58,408 bases of DNA. Source: Treponema sp. (GTDB lineage: Bacteria; Spirochaetota; Spirochaetia; Treponematales; Breznakiellaceae). This document shows positions 46,983-54,588 of this stretch, one piece after another. The notes beneath the pieces are model-generated. The model had not been told where the DNA came from, did no database searches, and was given only the letters and a program-made list of their open reading frames with translations. Within the stretch, counting starts at the first letter, position 1; every line of letters begins with the position of its first letter. A program made the translations under genes and the position numbers. Location of the stretch: the NCBI GenBank assembly GCA_031276815.1, contig JAISMJ010000093.1, positions 1-58,408 of the forward strand, given 5' to 3'.

Positions 46983-49900
46983 TTATGATTTATATCCCGA
47001 ATTACTGAATTCATCAAGAAACACTTTAAGCATAACAATAAACGGAGGATCAAAACGATTTTCAGTTTGCAATACTCTTTCAATCTCTGTTCTTATTTGA
47101 TTCCAGAGCGTTTGTCTCTCTCTTTCAAACCATCCTCTTTGTATAATAGGCATATCTCCACGCGTTTTACTCGCAATTCGATTAAAGAAGTCCAAGAATT
47201 CACCGAATTCCGAAAGTTCCCTGTCTATCGTTATGCTTAATATATTTGGATTTATAAAAAATCCGTCATTATACACATCAACAAAGACGTCTTTTTTATA
47301 GCTATGCGCTACATCCCCCTGCGTTACGGTAATATTGCACCCGATAAATACTTCGGGATCGGCGAGTTTAATGGTGTTTTTTTGATTGCCGTTAGTATCC
47401 ACATCGCATATCATACCTATCGCCGTCTCGGTTTTTGCCGAGTCCGGAGAAAATTGATCAAGGAATCTGATTTGTATGCCATTGGGATATGTGGTGCTTA
47501 TCGTTTTCTCCGCTATAAGGTTTTGAGCTTCAGCATAAATAGTTGAACAGTATGCGCGTATCCAGTCCGTTAGTTTTGAACCTTTTCCAGACAGCCCAAG
47601 AACAATTTGCGTAATATCATTATCAATTTTCTTGTCAGGATCGTCCGAATTCAACAAAGCCGCAATAGCATTTGCTAAATAATATATTAACCCCGAATAC
47701 GCGATAAATACGCTGTGCTTGAAATTTTTATAAGCTTGTTTATCATCGCCTTCAAGACTATCAAGCCTATTCTTAAAAAGACTATAATATTCAAACAGAA
47801 CGGTCTCGATAAAATATTTAATTTTATCTCTTGAATATTCTGTATTTCTTCCTCCATATTCCAGCATGGTATGAATTCCATCTTCAATTCTATCGGTACG
47901 CACCACATCCATTACACTCTTTATTTCTAACAGTTTTTCAAGCGGAGCAACAAACATATCACGGGATGCAAAACGGATAGAGGTTTGGAAGACGTGTTTT
48001 GTTTTGATCCAGAGTGAAATATCGCTTGTATTTCCCCCTATATCAACGCAAAGAAAAATCGTCTGTCTTGAGTTTCTATTTCGGAAGTAAAAAGCCGCCG
48101 CAATACTTTCTGTAATAAGATTTCTCTCGTTGAATACAATATCAATACCGGTATCACTGCGGAGTCCTGTAATAATGGCGTTAAGACTGGTACCGAAATC
48201 TGTTTTTGTCCCCTGACTAAACGCAGTTGGATACGAGAAAAACCAGTTTATTTTCCGCACGCCTTTTTCCGCCGCATTATAAACTATGTGGGTCAATAAC
48301 TGATTGAGATACTTGCCGGCATACGAGAGATTGGTTTCCCATTTGATATTGGTAAGAAGCCTATCGCGTCTCCCTTCGGTACTGTTTAATATTCTAAAAT
48401 TTTCAAAGTTATGCCAGAAAATACGCCCCGTTTCAAAAATAGTAGGCGACGCGGAATCCCGTGTCGTATCCATTTTCTCATAGGTAGTTGCATAGCCGTT
48501 CTGCCTTAAATAGTGCGGGTCTATGAAATAGTTCTCTACATTTCTTTTATCACCCGTATTGCTGAGAATCACCATATCATTTTTTATCTCACGTTTTTGA
48601 GGTTCACTGCTTCCGTCCACCCAATGATATTCCGTGTTTAATTGTATAAAAGCAGGGAGAGACCCGCTATTGTCGGTGGTATAAAATGCCGTCGATGTTG
48701 TTGTGCCAAAATCAAACCCTATGTTCCATACTATACTTCCCGGCTGAACTTTTTTAGGCTCAGCAAGAAAAACAGCCCCCATATAGATAGAACTATGTGC
48801 GCTTATTTTTTGTTTTAACTTTAATGCAACGGGAAGCGCTCTGTATCGCCTGTAATATATATCATTAACTACGCTGCTGACAGTGGAAAGTTTTTGTTGT
48901 CCTAACAGGTAATTATTAGTTGTAAAAAAAGGTTCGATTTCCAATACTGGAATTCCTCTGAAGTTAGGCTCTACGCAAAAGAAATTATAGCGCTGCCATG
49001 TATTTTCGCCGTTTCTGTCAAGTATTTCCGCATACGGCCACGCCGCCCAGAACGGCACATAGTTTTTATCAAAAATGAAGCATATTCCTGTTCCCTCACT
49101 GCGGTCATTGTCGTCAGAATCTGCGCCGCTTTTAATCTTCTTAATGGTATATTCTTTTGTTACAGAATGTTTTCCCATGGCGTCGCTCAATGCGAGTCCC
49201 AGCGTAATGGTTACTTTTTCATTGTCAGCGCGGATAGAAAGCATATCATTAATCTGCTCCATGGTATACCATTCAAGAAGTTTTTCATGTATGGGCCATA
49301 TAACCTCATAATCATCAATAGAACGATTCGGCAGCGTGTGAAAAACAGCCTCGCTACCTTTATTAATCATTACCATCGAGTCACCAAGCAGGTCGTTTTC
49401 ATACATAAGCGTAACGCCATCTATTGTTTTGCCTGAATACTCCTGTATATTTGCCGCATGTATCTGATTATACAACATAGTATCGGTAATAAAGATAGTT
49501 GACGCCTGCTGGCTTGAAGAACTGATCCCGCAAATAGTAACGCCGATGAGGGCTACTCTTTGTCCACGCGTACCGGCTAACAGGAAGGGCAGCTCTACCG
49601 TGCGGTTGCTGGTAATGCTTACTTTGTCAAACAGGTCATACACGCTTTCTACTTCGCCGCTGCTCGTTAGGGAGATATCATGATTCGGCGTTACTTTGCC
49701 AATATCTGCGATAAACTTTTCCACCAACTTTTGAAGAGCTTTAATGATACTCCGCTGATTTCGCGTGGCTTCTTTTGTAATACAAGCTTTTAATTTATCC
49801 AAAAACAATTTCAGCGCATACTTCGCATCCCGGTTCATAGATTGGCTTTGGTTTTTAAAGTAATTATCGGGACTTAAAAATTTTCCGCTTTCGTCAATTA

Positions 49901-52001
49901 TTGTCGGAGCCATCGTATACAGCTTTGTCTTGATCGCAGCCGAATACGAATAGGCAGGACAAACAATCGTATTATGGGCAAGAAAAGCAATGACTTCATC
50001 TTTTTCTCCATCGGACAATGAAACACAGCACGCATTAATCCAGTTTGGATTATCAAAAATATAACTATTAGGAATAAGCGTTTCCTTCATGGTATTTAAG
50101 AATTCTCCGTCGCCCACGGTTCCCAGCCGCAATACTCGTAGCTGCAACCCTGCACGTTCATATAGATTGAGTTTTCTAAGCGCAAGAAGGGTAAGCAGTC
50201 CGCACCATTGATTGTACGCGGTCTTGTTTAATGACGCGAACTTTGGTTCGACTAGCGTCAGCTCATTCACAATAAATATTGACCATGGAGAAGGAATCGA
50301 CACATCGCTTGCAACGAATTTATCCCCCTGAACATTAGGAAGCCCATCAGCAATATTTATAAGCAGCGTAGGCTCGCTTTTTGACCACAGCTTATTCTGA
50401 TCGGCATCGGGCTTGATAAACGTTACGCCGTTTTCTTTTGACAAATAAGGGACAATGACAAAGTCGTCCCTCGTTGTTTTAGCTTTTCCGCCGAAAAGTC
50501 TCAGTTCCTGTTTGGTAACTAAGTCTCCTAGCGTAACAAATAAAGAGGGAAAACGCTTGCCGCTGTTGCCTACAGGCAACGGTTTTTTACCGGCTATATC
50601 GCTATAAATTTTAGCGGAAAGTTTTTGATTTGTATCGTTATATACCAACTCCTTGAAATTATCAATTTCACCATTTTCAACCGGCATATTATCAAAAAGT
50701 GTAGGATACCCCGCATTAAAGAGCTTGACTCTGGCGTCAGGCGTCCATTTCATCCTACCGGTGTTTTGGTCAATGTCATCTAAATTCTTTTTATGGAGAT
50801 CGTACATCCACTTTACGAAAAGCTCTAAATAACCGCGGAGATTTTCATATATGAAATTCTGATTCTCATCTTTATCGGTCTGTATGCCCCCGTCATAGTT
50901 TTTTTCCCACCTGCCGGCAGCCGTCCCATTTTTTAGTTCCCCATAGAGTATTTTATTGTAAAATACGGCGATCTTCATAAGTTTCTGCATCTTCAAGGGC
51001 AAATCCGAATCAATATCCTGAATCATCTTCCATGTATAATAGTATTCGCTGCCGCTCGCTTCTCTTTGCGCTGTGATGATTTTACTGTCTTGCCGGTTAT
51101 TGTTTTCTTTTACAAAATCAATGATGGACATCGCCGCAAAAAGTTCGATGGGATGCGTTTTATTGCGCTGATTATCAGAACCCCGCGAGGCAACTTCGTT
51201 TGAAAAGTTTATCTCAGGCTCGCCTATAACATATAACGCATCCGTCTTTTTATACTGTTCCTGAACATAGTAATAATACAGCGCGGTCTTTGCTTTTACC
51301 TGAAAATTATTTGAATTGGGTTGCAGTCTTCCTTCTTCCGCTATTTCTCCAATAGCCTTGAAGTAAGGCGTCAATATAATAGCGGCGAATTTAAAATCAG
51401 CCTCTCTTTTGTGCGCTTTAAGATCGTCAAGCACGACAGGTATTGCGGATGCGCCTGTTCCTCCAAATATCGATCCCATGACAACGACAAAATCGTTTGC
51501 GTTTATTTCCGTTTTAAATTGCCGCCAGATTTCATCATGGCTCAAGATATTCTCAACAACCAGCGTTCCTATGGACGTATGACCATAAAAGCCTTGATTA
51601 AATTCAGCGTCTATTTCATCATCCGTATAAAGGAAGCGAATAAACGTATCATCATCGCTATCTCTGTATTGCGGTATCTTAAAAGCCTCGCTTATACTTT
51701 TCTTTTCATCCTTGTAAAGACTTATATTGGTCGACGGACTTATTGATTCAACGCTTATGAGACCAAGTTCATTACCCGCCGCACTGAGCGCATTATAGAA
51801 TCGTTGATACGAACTTAATACGACGTTTGTATGTTTCAGATTCCCATTTGAAACATCCGCATCAATGGTCATAATCCGTATGACGTCAATGTGGCTTGAG
51901 CCTAAATTTCCCTTAAAAGCGCCGCTTGCGGCGAGATGAATAACGGCTGTTACGAGTTTATGACCCGTTCCGCCTATCCCAATAATATGAAGTTTTGACA
52001 T
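46983..52001 (-). CDS. 1672-aa protein: N-terminal tubulin/FtsZ-like GTPase motifs, ~650-aa unassigned middle region, C-terminal actin/Hsp70 (ASKHA)-like ATPase motifs
   Basis: N-terminal motifs: IIGIGGTGHK (aa 6-15; GIGGTG at nt 51963-51980), NQGFYGHTSIG (aa 135-145) and GSIFGGTGASA (aa 176-186, nt 51444-51476; compare the tubulin signature GGGTGSG). C-terminal motifs: IGFDFGTTTS (D1097-S1103, nt 48693-48713, phosphate-1 like), VDIGGNTSD (D1320-D1327, nt 48021-48044, phosphate-2 like) and IVLGLSGKGS (G1469, nt 47580-47597, adenosine-motif like). AAGGAG SD. Confidence 0.7.
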   Translation of the reverse strand: MSKLHIIGIGGTGHKLVTAVIHLAASGAFKGNLGSSHIDVIRIMTIDADVSNGNLKHTNVVLSSYQRFYNALSAAGNELGLISVESISPSTNISLYKDEKKSISEAFKIPQYRDSDDDTFIRFLYTDDEIDAEFNQGFYGHTSIGTLVVENILSHDEIWRQFKTEINANDFVVVMGSIFGGTGASAIPVVLDDLKAHKREADFKFAAIILTPYFKAIGEIAEEGRLQPNSNNFQVKAKTALYYYYVQEQYKKTDALYVIGEPEINFSNEVASRGSDNQRNKTHPIELFAAMSIIDFVKENNNRQDSKIITAQREASGSEYYYTWKMIQDIDSDLPLKMQKLMKIAVFYNKILYGELKNGTAAGRWEKNYDGGIQTDKDENQNFIYENLRGYLELFVKWMYDLHKKNLDDIDQNTGRMKWTPDARVKLFNAGYPTLFDNMPVENGEIDNFKELVYNDTNQKLSAKIYSDIAGKKPLPVGNSGKRFPSLFVTLGDLVTKQELRLFGGKAKTTRDDFVIVPYLSKENGVTFIKPDADQNKLWSKSEPTLLINIADGLPNVQGDKFVASDVSIPSPWSIFIVNELTLVEPKFASLNKTAYNQWCGLLTLLALRKLNLYERAGLQLRVLRLGTVGDGEFLNTMKETLIPNSYIFDNPNWINACCVSLSDGEKDEVIAFLAHNTIVCPAYSYSAAIKTKLYTMAPTIIDESGKFLSPDNYFKNQSQSMNRDAKYALKLFLDKLKACITKEATRNQRSIIKALQKLVEKFIADIGKVTPNHDISLTSSGEVESVYDLFDKVSITSNRTVELPFLLAGTRGQRVALIGVTICGISSSSQQASTIFITDTMLYNQIHAANIQEYSGKTIDGVTLMYENDLLGDSMVMINKGSEAVFHTLPNRSIDDYEVIWPIHEKLLEWYTMEQINDMLSIRADNEKVTITLGLALSDAMGKHSVTKEYTIKKIKSGADSDDNDRSEGTGICFIFDKNYVPFWAAWPYAEILDRNGENTWQRYNFFCVEPNFRGIPVLEIEPFFTTNNYLLGQQKLSTVSSVVNDIYYRRYRALPVALKLKQKISAHSSIYMGAVFLAEPKKVQPGSIVWNIGFDFGTTTSTAFYTTDNSGSLPAFIQLNTEYHWVDGSSEPQKREIKNDMVILSNTGDKRNVENYFIDPHYLRQNGYATTYEKMDTTRDSASPTIFETGRIFWHNFENFRILNSTEGRRDRLLTNIKWETNLSYAGKYLNQLLTHIVYNAAEKGVRKINWFFSYPTAFSQGTKTDFGTSLNAIITGLRSDTGIDIVFNERNLITESIAAAFYFRNRNSRQTIFLCVDIGGNTSDISLWIKTKHVFQTSIRFASRDMFVAPLEKLLEIKSVMDVVRTDRIEDGIHTMLEYGGRNTEYSRDKIKYFIETVLFEYYSLFKNRLDSLEGDDKQAYKNFKHSVFIAYSGLIYYLANAIAALLNSDDPDKKIDNDITQIVLGLSGKGSKLTDWIRAYCSTIYAEAQNLIAEKTISTTYPNGIQIRFLDQFSPDSAKTETAIGMICDVDTNGNQKNTIKLADPEVFIGCNITVTQGDVAHSYKKDVFVDVYNDGFFINPNILSITIDRELSEFGEFLDFFNRIASKTRGDMPIIQRGWFERERQTLWNQIRTEIERVLQTENRFDPPFIVMLKVFLDEFSNSGYKS

Positions 52002-52030
52002 AGTTCTCTCCTTATTAGTACCCTACGCTC

Positions 52031-52062
52031 GACGGAGGTTTCCCGCATGGGAAATCTCCGTC
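52031..52062 (-). promoter_or_regulatory. Intercistronic hairpin just upstream of the giant gene
   Basis: GACGGAGGTTTCCC-gcat-GGGAAATCTCCGTC, with 13 of 14 bp paired and a 4-nt loop. Lies between the 52105 stop and the 52001 start. No U-tract. Confidence 0.45.
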
Positions 52063-52104
52063 ATATTACCACGAATCCGCGCTCCTGCTCCCGCATACAA
52101 ACAA

Positions 52105-52587
52105 TCACTTCCGGTAGGTAAACCAGAATGCCCGTGCATACGCGGGCGTTACAAAAAGCGCGCCTGTTATGAAAGATACCGGAAAAGCAACCGCGTGAAG
52201 TGCGATAAGTACTCCAAACGCCGCAGCATCAAGACCGAATCCAATCGTATATACAATGGGCAGAATGACCATAAACAAAAGAGTTATAAAAAAACCCATA
52301 TAGAACTGCATTTTTTTTGAAGCGGCATTCGCTCCCCCTAACGCGGCGGGAATAATTATTACACAGAGCGCATGTATTATAATCGCGATGATGACGCTTA
52401 GAATCATACAATCCCGTCCGTTTTCCTCCCATATATATACGCCGAAAGATTTTTCTCCTATAACAATAAATAGGGCGTTAAAATTTTTCGGATCAATAGT
52501 AATAATGTACAGTATAAATGCCCCAATCGGCAACAAAATCAACCATGGCAATGCTTTAAGTGAATCTTTCACATAAGTTCCAAACAT
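52105..52587 (-). CDS. Small polytopic membrane protein (about 4 TM helices); operon member
   Basis: 160 aa from the ATG at 52587, which is preceded by GGAGGAG. The track extension to 52683 lacks an SD and adds a non-hydrophobic leader. Confidence 0.65.
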   Translation of the reverse strand: MFGTYVKDSLKALPWLILLPIGAFILYIITIDPKNFNALFIVIGEKSFGVYIWEENGRDCMILSVIIAIIIHALCVIIIPAALGGANAASKKMQFYMGFFITLLFMVILPIVYTIGFGLDAAAFGVLIALHAVAFPVSFITGALFVTPAYARAFWFTYRK

Positions 52588-52696
52588 AATCTTTCTCCTC
52601 CAAAATAATATGCGAGGGGTTCCGCAATAAACCCCTCGTGTAAGAACGTACAGCGCTCTACCGTCCGTATACGCTTCCGTCAAACGCCGGTTCTCA

Positions 52697-54334
52697 TTAG
52701 TTTTTTCTCACAAGGTACAAAACGCCGGAATACACCTCGTTATTGGCGTTTCGTATCTTGTTAAACGCTTCTTTTATATAGCCATAAATGGTAGTAAGAT
52801 GCAATACTTTGATCTGTCCGCCCGCGGCAACGCTTGCTTCAAGTTCTTCAATATCAGAAGCACTTCTATCGTAAACCCATGCGGGGATTTTGCCGTGGGA
52901 CCTCACCGTATACCCTATCTTATAGTACCCTTGTATGAGATTTTTGTTTTTAGTTTCAATGAGAAGGTATAGATAGTCAGTACCGACTTCGGCGTCTACG
53001 CTGGCTTCCAGTTCATCAGGCGCGACGTCGACCGCCGCCGTTACGATAGTTCCAACGGGTCTCGCGTACGGTTCAAACGCCGATGGTTCGCCGCGTGTAT
53101 TTTTTCCCCCGTCAAAGTATTCTACGCGCACATCCACGGAGTATTCAAATTCCGTTATATCCCCTTTTTCAACGGGCAGCGCGGCTATGTACCTCGAACC
53201 GCTATCACCGATTGTAAGATAGGCTTCCGCATCAGAGCGCTGCAGAACATACTTGACGCTCCGCTCTTCATCTTCACCGCTTTTAGGCGGCGTATCGCGT
53301 TCCGCCCAACTAAGTAAGGTTGTCTTGCGAAGATTAACTTTTTTATATTTATAATCGCCGGAATTAAACACGGTTTCTCTTCTTGTGAATTCTTGACCAG
53401 ACGGCAGCAGGAGATATGGCTTACCCTGATACAACGCATCGTTTATAAAGAGAGAGAGTTCAAAATCAGTCCCTTTCATCATGCCTTTAATTTCGAAATC
53501 TCTCGCCAGCCCTTCGCTGTACGCTTGTACGCTGCCGGTATCTCCGACTATAAAAATAAAAAACGTCGAAGACCCGTTCTTTACCGGAATGTTCTTTTGA
53601 TTATTACTCCCGGACACATCATTGATATTTCCATTAAATGATGACGTTACGGCAAAAATCGCGCCTGACATGCCCCGTTCAAAGGCGTCTTGAAACAACT
53701 GATGAAAATACAGGTGCGCTTTATTATTCTCGTAGAGATCGGTAATAACGATATTCAGACAGTTTTGCGTTATTTCCGGCGCGGTATAGACCGAGTCTCT
53801 GATATAGTCAGCCACCGACCCAAACGGTTGACCTTCTCCATCAGAGTTTTTCACGGAATATACCACCTGCCTGTTGGTACCGGGTCCGTAACTGTACTTG
53901 TTATAACCGTAGAACTGGGGCTTTCTCAGTTCGTTTAATACTACCGGGGAGAACGGTATCTCGCATATCACCAATCCGCCGAATTCGTAATACAGCGATT
54001 CCGCCTGAGAAGCCCATAGTTGTCCGCCAACCGTCCATACGCTCTCTATCGCCTTTGTATAGGTGGATTCTTCAACGTGTCCGGGAACAACCATACGCCC
54101 GATCGCATCTACTTTGAACTGATCATTCTGGGTAAACCCCTGCATCGACTCTGTTCTATCAAAAAAGTAGCGCACCTGCTTTACCGGTGAAGGCGGTCCC
54201 GGGGGGACGTCTTCCGCCGGACGAGGAGTTTCCGCAACATAGCAAGGACCGAGCCTGTTACATGCCGCAACCATACACGCCGCAACAAGACACGCGCCTA
54301 TTCGGAATATATATGCTCTTTTTGCCATTTTCAT
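52697..54334 (-). CDS. Lipoprotein with a tentative vWA-like (MIDAS-containing) domain; first gene of the operon
   Basis: 545 aa. Signal plus lipobox (LVAACMVAAC). VRYFFDRTESM (D59-x-T-x-S63, nt 54146-54160) resembles the MIDAS DxSxS on a beta strand. CLNIVITDLYEN (D199) resembles the distal MIDAS Asp strand. Confidence 0.45.
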   Translation of the reverse strand: MKMAKRAYIFRIGACLVAACMVAACNRLGPCYVAETPRPAEDVPPGPPSPVKQVRYFFDRTESMQGFTQNDQFKVDAIGRMVVPGHVEESTYTKAIESVWTVGGQLWASQAESLYYEFGGLVICEIPFSPVVLNELRKPQFYGYNKYSYGPGTNRQVVYSVKNSDGEGQPFGSVADYIRDSVYTAPEITQNCLNIVITDLYENNKAHLYFHQLFQDAFERGMSGAIFAVTSSFNGNINDVSGSNNQKNIPVKNGSSTFFIFIVGDTGSVQAYSEGLARDFEIKGMMKGTDFELSLFINDALYQGKPYLLLPSGQEFTRRETVFNSGDYKYKKVNLRKTTLLSWAERDTPPKSGEDEERSVKYVLQRSDAEAYLTIGDSGSRYIAALPVEKGDITEFEYSVDVRVEYFDGGKNTRGEPSAFEPYARPVGTIVTAAVDVAPDELEASVDAEVGTDYLYLLIETKNKNLIQGYYKIGYTVRSHGKIPAWVYDRSASDIEELEASVAAGGQIKVLHLTTIYGYIKEAFNKIRNANNEVYSGVLYLVRKN

Positions 54335-54373
54335 AACGATATTTTCCTTTTTTTGTAAATACTACTATCTATA

Positions 54374-54402
54374 ATAATACACTAGCCGGAACTTTTACGC
54401 AA
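54374..54402 (-). promoter_or_regulatory. Candidate sigma70-type promoter for the operon
   Basis: Minus strand reads TTGCGT (54397-54402), 17 nt, TATTAT (54374-54379), ~40 nt upstream of the ATG at 54334. Confidence 0.3.
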
Positions 54403-54404
54403 GG

Positions 54405-54512
54405 GCTTTTATGCAAAGATTGTTAGCTTTTATGCAAAGGCTTGCGATATAGGGCGTCCGCTATGTGTAGTAGAAGTTCCGCTACCTGTAGTAGAAAGTC
54501 CGCTGTACACGA
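54405..54512. promoter_or_regulatory. Short direct repeats with 21-bp phasing upstream of the operon
   Basis: GCTTTTATGCAAAG occurs at 54405 and 54426. TCCGCT-N3-TGTAGTAGAA occurs at 54457 and 54478, with a partial third copy at 54499. Successive copies are exactly 21 bp apart. Confidence 0.5.
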
Positions 54513-54588
54513 TATTCATTCACGCCCGCGTAGCGCACGCCGGTCTTGCCTGCAAGTGGCTTTGCCGTTTCCACGCCTCTTGCTCGTT

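Noticed and set aside
41976-52001. Looked for an integrase, transposase, recombinase or flanking direct repeats that would define the AT-rich core as a mobile element.
   Set aside because: None was found in any frame of the ORF track, so I did not call a mobile element.
52588-52683. 32-aa N-terminal extension of the small membrane protein ORF.
   Set aside because: The internal ATG at 52587 has a GGAGGAG SD. The extension would nearly abut the upstream vWA-like gene stop and adds a non-signal, non-TM leader.
54551-54566. Sigma54-like element GGCAAAGCCACTTGCA just after the response-regulator stop codon.
   Set aside because: The GG-to-GC spacing is one nt longer than the strict -24/-12 consensus. 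It also lies upstream of the repeat motifs rather than downstream of them. I kept it only as a note inside the control-region finding.
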